Of a stretch of DNA of 64,000 nt, positions 23,697 through 35,384 are shown one piece after another. Location of the stretch: the NCBI RefSeq assembly GCF_044704955.1, contig NC_091989.1, positions 80,724,001-80,788,000 on the forward strand. The letters are read 5' to 3'. Both the position numbers and the translations under genes were made by a program. The notes under the pieces were generated by a model that saw only the letters and a list, made by a program, of their open reading frames with translations, was not told the DNA's origin and did no database searches. Numbering within the stretch: the first letter of the stretch is position 1; each line of letters begins with the position of its first letter. The DNA is from Pristiophorus japonicus (Eukaryota).

Positions 23697-26600
23697 CAAC
23701 ATAAGAACATAAGAAATAGGAGCAGGAGTAGACCATACAGCCCCGCGAGCCTGCTCCACCATTTAATACGATCATGGCTGATCCGATCATGGACTCAGGT
23801 CCACTTCCCCGCCCACTCCCCATAACCCCTTATTCCTTATTGGTTAAGAAGCTGTTTATCTCTGTCTTAAATTTATTCAATGTCCCGGCATCCATAGCTC
23901 TCTGAGGCAGCGAATTCCACAGATTTACAATCCTCTGAAAAAAGAAATTCCTCCTCATTTCAGTTTTAAATGGGCGGCCCCTTATTCTAAGATCATGCCC
24001 TCTAGTTCTAGTCTCCCCCATCAGTGGAAACATCCTCTCTGCATCCACCTTGTCAAGCCCCCTCATAATCTTATATGTTTTGATAAAATCACATCTCAAT
24101 CTTCTGAATTCCAATGAGTAGAGGCCCAACCTACTCGACCTTTCCTCATAAGTCAACCCCCTCATCTCCAGAATCAACCTAGTGAACCTTCTCTGAACTG
24201 CCTCCAATGCAAGTATATCCTTCCTTAAATATGGAGACCAAAACAGTACGCAGTACTCCAGGTGTGGCCTCACCAATATCCTGTACAGTTGTAGCAGGAC
24301 TTCTCTGCTTTTATACTCTATCCCCCTTGCAATAAAGGCCAACATTCCATTTGCCTTCCTGATTACTTGCTGTACGTGCATACTAACTTTTTGTGTTTCG
24401 TGCACAAGGACTCCTAGGTCCCTCTGTACTGCAGCACTTTGCAATTTTTCTCCATTTAAATTATAATTTGCTTTGCTATTATTTCTGCCAAAGTGGATAA
24501 TCTCACATTTTCCCACATTATACTCCATCTGCCAAATGTTTGCCCACTCACTTAGGCTGTCTATATCCCTTTGCAGATTTTTTGTGTCCTCCTCACAATT
24601 TGTTTCCCCACCCACCTTTGTATCATCAGCAAACTTGGCTACATTACACTCGGTCCCTTCATCCAAATCATTAATATAGATTGTAAATAGTTGAGGACCC
24701 AGCACTGATCCCTGCGGCACCCCACTAGTTACTGTTTTCCAACCGGAAAATGACCCATTTATTCCGACTCTGTTTTCTGTTAGTTAGCCAATCCTCTCTC
24801 CATACTTATATTACCCTCAACCCCATGAGCTTTTATCTTGTGCAGCAACCTTTTATATAGCACCTTATTGAATGCCTTCCTGGAAATCCAAATACACCAC
24901 ATCCACTGATTCACACTTATCCACCTTGCTCATTACATCCTCAAAGAACTCCAGCAAATTTGTCAAACATGATTTCCCTTTCATAAAATCATGCTAACTC
25001 TGCTTGATTGAATTATGCTTTTCCAAATGTCCTGCTACTACTTCCTTAATAATGGACTCCAGCATTTTCCCAACTACAGATGTTAGGCTAACTGGTCTAA
25101 AGTTTCCTGCTTTTGGTCTGCCTCCTTTTTTAAATAGGAACGTTACATTTGTGGTTTTCCAATCCGCTGGGACCACCCCAGAATCCAGGGAATTTTGGTA
25201 GATTACAACCAATGATTCCACTATCTCTGCAGCCACTTCTTTTAAGACCTTAGGATGCAAGCCATCAGGTCCAGGGGACTTGTCCGCCTTTAGTCCCATT
25301 ATTTTACCAAGTACTACTTCCTTAGTGATTGTGATTATATTAAGTTCCTCTCTCCCTACTGTCTCTTGATTATCCACTATTGGGATGTTTTTAGTGACTT
25401 CTACCATTAAGACCAATACAAAATATTTGTTCAAAGTCTCTGCCATTTCCCTGTTCTCAATTATTCATTCCCCAGTCTCATCCTCTAGGGGACCAACATT
25501 TACTTTAGCTACTCTTTTCCTTTTTATGTATCTATAGAAACTCTTACTATCTGTTTTTATATTTTGTGCTAGTTTACTTTCAAAATCTATCTTCCCTCTC
25601 TTTATCATTTTTTTAGTCATTCTTTGCTGGCTTTTAAAAGTTTCCCAATCCTCTGGCTTCCCGCTAGTCTTGGCCACATTGTATGCCCTTTTTTTCAATT
25701 TGATACCATCCTTTATTTCCTTAGTTAGCCACAGATGGTTATCCCTTCTCTTACAGTCTTTCCTTCTCATTGGGATAGTTTTGTTACAAGTTATGAAATA
25801 TCACCTTAAATGTCTGCCACTGCTCATCAACTGTCCCATACTTTAATCTATTTTCCAAGTCCACTTTAGCCAACTCTGCCCTCATACCTTTGTAGACTCC
25901 TTTATTTAAGCTGAGGACACTGGTTTGAGATCCAACTTTCTCATCATCCAACTGAATTTGAAATTCAACCATGTTATGGTCACTCATTTCTAGAGGATCT
26001 TTACTACGAGATCATTTATTAATCCCTTCTCATTGCACCGTACCAGATCTAAGATTGCCTGCTCCCTGGATGGTTCCGCAACGTACTGTTCAAGGAAACT
26101 ATCCCGATACACTCTATGAACTCTTCTTCAAGGCTACTCTGGCCAATCTGCTTTGTCCAATCAATATGGAGGTTAAAATCGGCCATGATTATTGCTGTTC
26201 CTTTATTATAAGCCTCCATTATTTCTTGATTTATACTCCGTCCAACAGTGTCGCTACTGTTAGGGGGCCTATAGACTACACCCACCAGCAACTTTTTCCC
26301 CTTATTATTCCATATCTCCACTCAAACTGATTCAACATCTTGATCTTCTGAGCCAATATCGTTTCTCACTAACGCACTGATCTCATCCTTTATCAACAGA
26401 GCTACCCCACCTCCTTTTCCTTTCTGTCTGTCCTTCCAAATTGTCAAATACCCCTGAATATTTAGTTCCCAGCCTTGGTCACCTTGCAACCACGTCTCTG
26501 TAATGGCTATCAGATCATACCCATTTGTATCTATTTGTGCCGTCAACTCATCTATCTTGTTATGAATGCTGCGTGCATTCAGATAAAGAGCTTTTAAATT

Positions 26601-26745
26601 TGTTTTTTTTACCATTTTTACCCCACTTTTTGATTCACCTTTATGTTTATACATTCTGTCCCTTCCTGTCATGCTCTGGTTTTCATTTTCCCCAGCGCTA
26701 CCCTGCTCTATTGCCTTTTCCTTATTCTTTGACTTTTTTAATTTT
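23697..26745 (-). mobile_element. Long CR1 LINE (near-complete decayed ORF2: APE endonuclease + RT) inside the Harbinger left arm
   Basis: YLNARS, IAITETW, GVVYRPP, SDHN, SPGPDG, PQGSVLGP, FADDTK, and the 3' tail. Confidence 0.93.
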
Positions 26746-26989
26746 CATAACCTGATATCTGTGCCAGTTTTTTACATTTAAGCAAGTTTGGCCAACTTAC
26801 ATTTTTCCTAGGATGGCGTATGTGACCACCCCCAAAAAGCCTTCTGTGCACTTAAGAAAAACCAGCTGACATAAAAAAATTGGCACAGAAAGACGCCAGT
26901 GTTTTTCGGTGAAGTTTTGGAGGGAGTCAAGAAGACATAAATATGCATCATGAAGCTTAATTGTTTCAATATCAAAAGGGAGAAAATGG

Positions 26990-27384
26990 AAGTCTAATGC
27001 AATTCTTTACTTTTGATTTTTTTTCAAAGTGCCACACCACCACCGAACGTCTCCTCACCAGGCTTGAGGGTCAGAGCGTCGGCCGGCAGAATCGTTCCTC
27101 ACCCAGACACAGGGGCTTGGGGCTAGGCTTTAAAAGAAGCCCGGGGGTGGATGGGGTGGGGGGTGGAAACCGAACTGAAGGGATAAGAACCCTTAGACTA
27201 TACAGCAGCTTCAAAAGAAGCCCGGGAGTTTGGGGGGGTGCAGCGGGGAGTGGATGCTGAGCCCCTGTGTCCGGGCGAGGGAATGATTCGGCCGGCCGAC
27301 ACTCGAGCCCGATATGGAAATGTTCAGTCGGTGGTGGGCTGGTATTTTGAAAAAAATCTAAAATTAAAGAATTGCATTAGACTT
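26990..27384. repeat. Long imperfect inverted repeat upstream of the Harbinger transposase
   Basis: aagtctaatgcaattcttta...cccagacacaggggct pairs with agcccctgtgtccggg...taaagaattgcattagactt. Confidence 0.8.
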
Positions 27385-27562
27385 TGTTGCCCCAAATGTC
27401 TTCATTAAATGCCTAGCTTCCCGTTCTGAACAAGTCTATTGCGCATGCGCAGACCAGGGTGTGATCCATACTAGGGCATCCACCTTGGAGAGAGAGAGAG
27501 GAAAGAAGGTGTGAGTGCTTTGTCCTGCTGTTCTGAGCATCTTGCAAAGATACAATTTAATT

Positions 27563-28762
27563 ATGGGGGCAATATTGACAATGCCATACCTCGTGCAAGG
27601 CTTCTGCAAGATGGTGCTGCGGAGGAGAAGATTGATTAGACATCATCGCATGAGGAACCTCAGAGCATGTAGGGTGATGGGCAGGAGGCCTTACCTACGT
27701 CGGGTATATCGAGACAGGCGATCGTACTTGCACCTGAGTGATGCAGACTGTGTGCGAAGGCTGTGTTTCCGCAAAGAAGTTGTAACCGAGATCTGTGAGT
27801 TAGTAAAAGCAGACCTGCACCCTAGAAGCATCAAGAGGACTGCTTTGTCAGTTGAAGTAAAGGTTACAGCTGCACTTTCGTTCTATGCACCTGGATCATT
27901 CCAGGCTACAACTGGGGATGTGTGCACCATTTCTCAACATGCAACACATATCTGCATTCGGAAAGTGACTGCTGCACTATATGCCCAGAGGAATGACTAC
28001 GTAAAGTTCCCCATGACTGCCCAGGCAATGCATGACAGGGCTGTGGGCTTCTCCAGAATTGCTGGCTTCCCAAAGGTACAGGGCTGCAATGATTGTACCC
28101 ACATTGCCTTGAGAGCATCTTTGGAGGATTCTGAGATGTACAGGAACAGAAAAGGCTTCCACTCTGTGAAGTTGCAGCTCGTCTGTGACGACATATATCG
28201 CATCATATCAGTTGATGTAAGATACCCTGGGAGCACCCATGATGTATTCATCCTACGCGGGAGCGCTATATCTGCCATGTTTCAGCAGCAGCCAGAAAGG
28301 CAGAGCTGGCTGCTGGGAGACAAAGGATACGGCCTCGCCACCTGGCTCATGATGCCCCTACACGTAACCCGGACGGAAGCTGACCGGGAATACAACATGT
28401 CGCACATTGCGACGCGCAGCATAACAGAGAGGACCATTGGCATCTTGAAGCAGTGTTTCCGATGTCTGGACCATTCTGGAGGCTACATGCAATACTCCCC
28501 TGAGATTGTCGGTCAGTTCACTGTTGTGTGCTGCATGCTGCATAACTTAGCAATCATGAGGCAGCAGCAGCTGGTAGTTGAAGACCCACCTGAGGTGAGA
28601 GTGGCTGATAATGAGGAGGAAGATGCAGATGACGAGGAGGAAGAGGAAGTCTTGCAACTACCTGAACCCGAAGTACGACGGCGGAGGGCAGGCCGTCGTG
28701 CTCCTTTAACGATTGCTCGAGCCTTGCGCCAGCAGCTCATCCGTGAACACTTTGCTGCCTGA
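27563..28762 (+). CDS. Harbinger transposase (HARBI1-like DDE nuclease), 399 aa from first ATG
   Basis: Uninterrupted ORF with GCNDCTHI, YRNRKGFHS, RYPGSTHD, WLLGDKGY, RSITERTIGILK and CCMLHN. The D/D/E triad is present. It is transposon-borne, so not host HARBI1. Confidence 0.92.
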   Translation: MGAILTMPYLVQGFCKMVLRRRRLIRHHRMRNLRACRVMGRRPYLRRVYRDRRSYLHLSDADCVRRLCFRKEVVTEICELVKADLHPRSIKRTALSVEVKVTAALSFYAPGSFQATTGDVCTISQHATHICIRKVTAALYAQRNDYVKFPMTAQAMHDRAVGFSRIAGFPKVQGCNDCTHIALRASLEDSEMYRNRKGFHSVKLQLVCDDIYRIISVDVRYPGSTHDVFILRGSAISAMFQQQPERQSWLLGDKGYGLATWLMMPLHVTRTEADREYNMSHIATRSITERTIGILKQCFRCLDHSGGYMQYSPEIVGQFTVVCCMLHNLAIMRQQQLVVEDPPEVRVADNEEEDADDEEEEEVLQLPEPEVRRRRAGRRAPLTIARALRQQLIREHFAA

Positions 28763-29046
28763 AGGCTCAGCAGCAACTATTCCAAATGGACCATGTTTAC
28801 TGTTTGGACATGTTCCGTAATGTTGTGTTATGTTAATGGAACAAATAATGGAAATGATTCAGTTATAATTAAAAATATATTTTATTCAGAAGTTTAACAC
28901 TTGTTTGTACTTAACTTAACTTTAATAAAAGTATTCTTGTATCAAACTTTAAAGTTTTCAGTTAAGATCACTTACAAACTTTTAAATTTGTCAATTTACA
29001 TCACTTACAAAAATTTGAAAACAGTTACAACAGTAACATAAATAAT

Positions 29047-29575
29047 ATCATCATCATCATCATAGGCAGTCCCTCGAAACGAGGATGACTTGCTTCCAGG
29101 CCAAAAAGGGATGAGTTCACAGATGTTTCAATGAAGGACCTAATATTCCAGGTCCTGAACTACATGTTGAAGGGTGGAAGATGCCTGTGCGTGGATTTTT
29201 TTAACGTGCGGTGACCGTTGCACACCAGCCACCACACGGGTTGGACAGAGCTAGGTCTTGGTCCAGTGGCAAGGGTTAACCAAGACGACTGGAGACCTGC
29301 TCTGCTGCACAGACCTAGTGCACACACAGTGCAGTGTGGGCTGGCCCGTGCTGCCCCTGGGCCCCTGGCCCCGAACTCACGCCTCCCCTGGGCCCCGATC
29401 ACATCCCTCCACTGTCTCTCGCCGCTCCTGCAGTATCTGCTCACGCTCCAATCACCAACCTGGACCTTGATGATGTCACTCTTCATTGCCGTTGCAACTC
29501 GCGCTGCTCCTAGGCGCCGCACTCCACTCCTTTTATGGCCCAGGCCTGCTGCTCGTGTTCTCACGCAGGTTGGGG
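29047..29575 (-). mobile_element. Non-autonomous RTE-tailed retroposon, copy 3 (longest), between the Harbinger genes
   Basis: Same body and tail, plus a GC-rich 5' extension. Confidence 0.78.
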
Positions 29576-29634
29576 AGAACAACAACAATAACAGCAACAA
29601 AGAAAGGCTGCACCCATCTCGCCTCCACCTTAAT

Positions 29635-31891
29635 CTAAGACCGCCTGCTGCGCTGGGTCTTGTTGACTCCACCCCTGCCAGCAGGCAGTGGCGCAGCGTT
29701 TCTCGGGTTGGTACCAAGCTTATTCTTTCGAGCATCTCGGGTAATGCGCACTTCTTCTTGATGGGGTGGGGGGGGAGGGGGTGGCGCAGGCGGTAATGTG
29801 GAGGGCCCGGCTTGGGCCTCTTCTGAGGCTGGTCTGGAGATTGCAGTTGATTCTGTCAATGGGCGCGGAGTCTGAGCTTGTTCCCTTTTTGCAGCAGCTG
29901 ACTCCAACATTCCCTCCCTCATGTGTCCTGACAGCGTATCAGCTGCCTGCAACATTCCCTCCCTCATGTTCACCGACATTGTATCAGCTGCCTGCAACAT
30001 TCCCTCCCTCATGTTCACCGACATTGTATCAGCTGCCTGCAACATTCCCTCCCTCATGTTCACCGACATTGTATCAGCTGCCTGCAACATTCCCTCCCTC
30101 ATGTTCACCGACATTGTATCAGCTACCTGTGACATTCCCTCCCTCATGTTCACCGACATTGTATCAGCTGCCTGCAACATTCCCTCCCTCATGTTCACCG
30201 ACATTGTATCAGCTACCTGTGACATTCCCTCCCTCATGTTCACCGACATTGTATCAGCTGCCTGCAACATTCCCTCCCTCATGTTCACCGACATTGTATC
30301 AGCTACCTGCGACATTCCCTCCCTCATGTTCACCGACATTGTATCAGCTACCTGTGACATTCCCTCCCTCATGTTCACCGACATTGTATCAGCTGCCTGC
30401 AACATTCCCTCCCTCATGTTCACCGACATTGTATCAGCTGCCTGCAACATTCCCTCCCTCATGTTCACCGACATTGTATCAGCTACCTGCGACATTCCCT
30501 CCCTCATGTTCACCGACATTGTATCAGCTGCCTGCAACATTCCCTCCCTCATGTTCACCGACATTGTATCAGCTGCCTGCAACATTCCCTCCCTCATGTT
30601 CACCGACATTGTATCAGCTACCTGCGACATTCCCTCCCTCATGTTCGCCGACAGTGATCCCATTTCTCGTGATAGTGTTGTTACTTCTCCCGACTGTCCC
30701 GATACCTCATCACCCACCCCACTGATGGTGTCCAGGAGTGATCGCGTAAGGTCAATGCTCTCCGCACTCATTGCCATCATCTGAACCACATCTGTTACAT
30801 CCTGCACCTCAGGCGAGCGCTGTCGAGCTCTTCTTCCCCTCCTCACCCTGGGTGTGGCTCGCTGCATCCCACTGGGACCCGCAGCCTTGGACTGTGCAAA
30901 ACCATGGAATGTCCCAACAACATTCGTACCACTCAGGTAAGGGGCTGGCATGTCAATGGGCGGTACCTGCACCTCCTCCAAAGTGAGTACAACAGTGGGG
31001 ACTTCATTATCCCCTTCCCCCTGCCCCTCCCCCTCACCCCCATGCTCTTGGTCTGGAAGATGGGATTGGAAGATGTTCTCCTCGTCAGGTTCGTCCGCGT
31101 CTGTATCTTCTTCTGCATTGGCTTCAGCCTCATCAGGGTTGGCCTCAAGTTCTGCAAAATATAACAGAACAGTCAAATGGTTAGCAGCAGAGGAGGGGGC
31201 AGGGTGGCATGAGTAGGCTCACACAGGCTGATTTGAAGGACCACAGTGAATGATAAACATTGCATCAATCGAAGCGTAGCTGATGGAGACATCCCCAGGA
31301 ACCGAAGCGTGGCTAGCCCGCGCAGTACCTAACATTTAGCAAAGCCAGACTGTGGAATTTGCAGGACTTACCCTCTCCCTCGAGTGTGCCCAGCTTGTGC
31401 AGTGCTGGTTGCTTTTCTCCAGGCAGGACCCATCAAAGCAGCAACCCTGTCTTCCAAGGATGTCAGTGGGTGCAGATTTTTCAGGCCTCCTCCTGTTCGC
31501 GTTCTCTCTCTTTTGTTGTGTGCCACCTTCCTCTGCAAAGATGAAAATATAACTTTTTAGAGAGGGTGTCTTTCTGCTGGGTGGGACATACAGATGGTCA
31601 CATTTACAACTACAATTCCAGTGAATAAATGAAAATATTACTTACACTAACTAGTTGACCAAGGTCCTGCCACTTCTTTTAGCACTGGCCTCCAGACCTC
31701 GGGGTGGTCACCATTGCACAGTAATCTCCTGCAAATTGGTTCCAGCGTTTCTTAATTTCCTTTGGTGAAATTTTTATGTGACCTCTGCTGGTGTCCAGCT
31801 CGTGCCATCTGGCCTCAGTTACAGTAACCAGTGCCTCCATTTCATCCTGTGAGACATTCTTGGTCCTTGTATTGCAGCTCCGATTTTCCAA
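29635..31891 (-). pseudogene. Harbinger Myb/SANT-like partner gene, 3 predicted exons (about 31891-31646, 31532-31372, 31151-29635), disabled
   Basis: Exon 1 has the trihelix pattern KKRW...RSGGQC*KKWQDL with a TAA at 31679-31681. Exon 2 reads RKVAHNKRERTRTGGG. Splice sites are gtaagt donors and tttgcag acceptors. An exon 2/3 phase mismatch implies a frameshift. Exon 3 is an acidic stretch plus a repeat region. Confidence 0.8.
29906..30650 (-). repeat. 45-bp coding tandem repeat, about 16.5 copies (MREGM[LQA/SQV]ADTMSVN)
   Basis: Plus-strand unit aacattccctccctcatgttcaccgacattgtatcagctgcctgc, period 45, no spacers. Confidence 0.95.
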
Positions 31892-32378
31892 TGAGAATGA
31901 AAGTTCTCACACACACAACTGGCTCTTTAAATGCAGACCGGGAGCTGTACTGGGCATGCCCGTCCATAGCAGTCACGTCAAAAACGTCCTTTTTTTTCGC
32001 GCATGCGCAGAAGAGGGTGGGAAGCATCCTTTTTTCAGTGCAGACATTAGGCTCCGCCCCCCAAAGCTAAAGGACAGGCTGCGCGGCGCCAGTTTCAAAA
32101 AATAGAACGGGGAAACTGGCAAGTTATTTTTTTTTTGGAGTAGTCGGGGCTAAAAAAAACAGACCTAACTCCTGTAATACGCCAAAAAACAGCATTGGGG
32201 AAAATTGAGCCCTGTATAATTAACTGATTTATCTAATCATACACTTTTGGCCTATTCGATTTTGTGTAAAACCAGATTTATTTTCCTTATATTTTTCATG
32301 GATGCTTATTTAATTCAAATATCATTTTGTTAACTAGCTCATAAAATATTTTACATTTGCCAGCTCAAAAAAAGTAAT

Positions 32379-32775
32379 CATCATCGTCATAGGCGGTCCC
32401 TCGAAACGAGGATGACTTGCTTCCACGCCAAAAAGGGATGAGTTCACAGGTGTTTCAATGAAGGACCTAATATTCCAGGTCCTGAACTACATCGTGAAGG
32501 GTGGAAGATGCCTGTGTGTGGATTTTTTTAACATGTGGTGACCGTTGCACACCAGCCACCACACGGGCTTGACAGAGCTAGGTCTCGGTCCAGTGGCAAG
32601 GGTTACCCATGATGAGTGGAGAGCTGCTCTGCTGCATGGACCTAGTGCGCACACAGATCACAGTGTGGGCTGGCCCGTGCTGCCCCTGGGCCCGAACTCA
32701 CGCCTCCCCTGGGCCCCATCACATCCCTCCACAGTCTCTCACCACTCCTGCTGTGTCTGCCCACGCTCCAATATC
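32379..32775 (-). mobile_element. Non-autonomous RTE-tailed retroposon, copy 4, flanked by 236-bp direct repeats
   Basis: Same family; flanks 32143-32378 and 32776-33011 are diverged direct copies. Confidence 0.8.
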
Positions 32776-34282
32776 GTCGGGGTCAAAAAACATGGGCATA
32801 ACTCTTGAAATACACAAAAAAACGGCACTGGGGAAAATTGAGCACTGTATAATTATCTGATTTATCTAATCATACACTTTTGGCTTATAGGATTTTGTGT
32901 AAAACCAGATTTATTTTCCTTATATTTTTCATGGATGCTTGTTTTAATTCAAGTGTCATTTTGATAACTGCTCATAAAATATTTTACATTTGCTAGCTCA
33001 AAAAAAGTAATAGCAATCTGCTTACAGCAGTGCTGCAGAAAATGAAGTCCGATTGCTCAACTTGACTCACCATATCGTACCACGCAACGTGAGCGGGTCA
33101 GCAGAGGCCTCACAGGACCAGCCAGAGAAATAATAGGGTGTGGAACTGATACTGGAGAAGCAACCTAGAGACCTTGAGTTCAAATGCTCCATGGAATGGA
33201 ATTCTGGCTGGCACTAGAAAGATAACCATGAAAGCTGGATTGTCTTCAATGTCCAGCACCAAGAGTTGTTGGATAGGACCACCACTCTGGTGGCCGGATC
33301 ATGAAGGTCATAGCTGTGAGACTGGACCCAATGGGCTGAATGGCCCACTCCTGTTCCTATGTTCCTTTGTTGCTCGGCCAGAATCCTGGAATTCCTGACC
33401 TAATAGCTTCATCGGAGCACCTTCACCGAGAGGATTGCAGGACAACCGGGAATGGCCAATAAATGCAGATTTTCCCACATCCCAATGATAGATCAACAAC
33501 TTATCTCCTTTCATCTCAAACATGGACAGCAGGGTAAAGGAGGCTCAGGAAGGAAGTAAATTCATCCGATATAGGATTGGTGTAGATGTATGCATGTAGG
33601 CGGCAACACAATGTCACATTTCCCACATTGGATGGTCAGATACACATTCGCTGTGCAAATCTCTTTTGTTTTGGACTGTGCAACATTTTGGAACTTTTAC
33701 CTCTTTGGCCTTGAAGCTATATTACATTTAATCCATTTAATGTAATTCGGGCCAGGTTCAGTGTACATAAGGTTAACTCCCAGAGATGCACAATGCTGAT
33801 GAGGCTGAATAGGTAGAAACCCAGATGGAACAGCCATCAGATTATGTATGTTTTTTTGTTACGTCAGCTCTCTGAGACAATGGGAATTGATTGGACACAT
33901 TCCATAGCAGGTTGAGCCCCGATGGTAGAATGGCTTCCATTCAATGTGCCCCAGCAGGGGGCTGAGCTGAACGTGCTTCTTTCTCGGGGGAAGGGAAGGG
34001 CAGCATTTCATTCAAGGCTGTAACTTTGATTGGCAGCAAGGCGAGCCAATCCTTGGCACACAGAATGTCAGGGCGGATCAGGGGTGGGCTTGGTTTTCTT
34101 TCTCTTCTGCGGGAGGGTCTGGGACAGTGAGAGAGACAGTGATATTTTGCTCTCCAATTAGTCAGCAAGGCTGACATACTGAAGGCTGAGGTGTGAACAT
34201 GGACGGCCGATAAACTGAGCTTTCGTAGCCGGATATAAATTTTAAAATGTGTACATAATCTTGATGATGTGTGTAAAACAAA

Positions 34283-34720
34283 AAAGACTTGCATTTATAT
34301 AGCGCCTTTCTTGACCACCGGACATCTTCAGGCGCTTTACAGCTAATGAAGTACTTTTGGAGTGTAGTCACTGTTGTAATGTGGGAAACGCGGCAGCCAA
34401 TTTGCGCACAGCAAGCTCCCACAAACAGTAATGTGATAATGACCAGATAATCTGTTTTTTTGTTATGTTGATTGAGGAATAAATATTGGCCAGGACACCG
34501 GGGAGAACTCCCCTGCTTTTCTTTTACATCCATCTGAGAGAACAGACGGGGCATCAGTTTAACGTCTCATCCGAAAGACGGCACCTCTGACAGTGCAGCA
34601 CTCCCTCAGTACTGCACTGGAGTGTCAGCCTAGATTTATGTGCTCAAGTTCCTGGAGTGGGATTTGAACCCACAGCCTTCTGACTCAGAGGCGAGAGTGT
34701 CACCCACTGAGCCACAGCTT
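34283..34720 (-). mobile_element. tRNA-derived Deu-domain SINE (SacSINE1-like); partial copies at about 13200-13410/14021-14137, 48270-48420 and 60440-60715
   Basis: A box TGGCTCAGTGG and B box GGTTCAAATCC; core gaggtgccgtctttcggatgagacgttaaac; L2-like tail gcgctatataaatgcaagtc. Confidence 0.8.
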
Positions 34721-35100
34721 TGACGATTGACATGGTAAGTTGGAGCATTCTCCTGCCCCCCCCCCCCCCTTCTGGGCCACCCGGTTCAGATCAGGAAGGC
34801 ATGGTGTGGGGAACTACAGGCAGGTACCTGCGTCGTACCGCTCTGCGGGACAGAGTGTTGGAACAGAGTGTATTTTTCTTGAAAATCTAAAATGGTACAA
34901 CTCATTCTTTCCACGGTTTTAACAAGAAAAATCAATCGCATCTACCGTACTGAAAGTTAACACGGTGCAAATGTGAAGAGTGCAAACATTCCCCAACATG
35001 AAGAGCTAGCACGCCAGCTGTTTAAAAGGAACTGCAGTTTGTGAGGATGGGCCACACTGCCTTTCTCAGTGAACAACAGGCTCTGTTCTTTGTGCGATAC

Positions 35101-35259
35101 CTTCAATATGCAAATGGCAGCGAGCGTTAGGCGGACCCCGGATGGAGGACTCTGCATGGTCTTCAGCAGCGTGATATCGCTGGCCTTCAGCGTGTCGAGA
35201 GCCACTATGGCAGCGTTGAGAGCTGGCATGGCCACACTCAGCTTCTGCTCACACTCAAC
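35101..35259 (-). CDS. Dynein heavy chain exon 5 of 11 (CC1 to MTBD)
   Basis: 159 nt, VECEQKLSVAMPALNAAIVALDTLKASDITLLKTMQSPPSGVRLTLAAICILK. Acceptor ctgcag, donor gtatc. Confidence 0.94.
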
Positions 35260-35384
35260 CTGCAGAAGAACCACACAGTTACCCAGTGACTGGGAGAGGA
35301 CGCGAGGCTGACCCAAATACAGTGACGTCAAGCGGCATGTTTGCACCATTTTCATTACAACAATCAAACGGAAACATTTGTCAC

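Larger units (their letters stand above)
23539..32212 (+). mobile_element. PIF/Harbinger DNA transposon with two-gene structure, carrying nested CR1 and RTE-tailed inserts
   Basis: 17-bp TIRs: GAGCTCAATTTTCCCCA at 23539 and TGGGGAAAATTGAGCCC ending 32212 (one mismatch). They enclose a DDE transposase (+) and a convergent Myb/SANT gene (-). The 3-bp TSD is not cleanly preserved. Confidence 0.85.

Noticed and set aside
27515-28762. Host HARBI1 ortholog
   Set aside because: It is intronless, lies between TIRs with a partner gene, and has a cognate MITE, so it is a transposon copy.
29906-30650. CRISPR-like array
   Set aside because: The 45-bp units are contiguous with no unique spacers, there are no cas genes, and the context is eukaryotic.
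29766-30784. Plus-strand repeat ORFs (319 and 287 aa)
   Set aside because: Antisense shadows of the repeat; only the minus frame connects to the Myb exons.
34650-34720. tRNA gene
   Set aside because: The A/B boxes are the head of a SINE continuing into the Deu core and tail; no clean cloverleaf or terminator.
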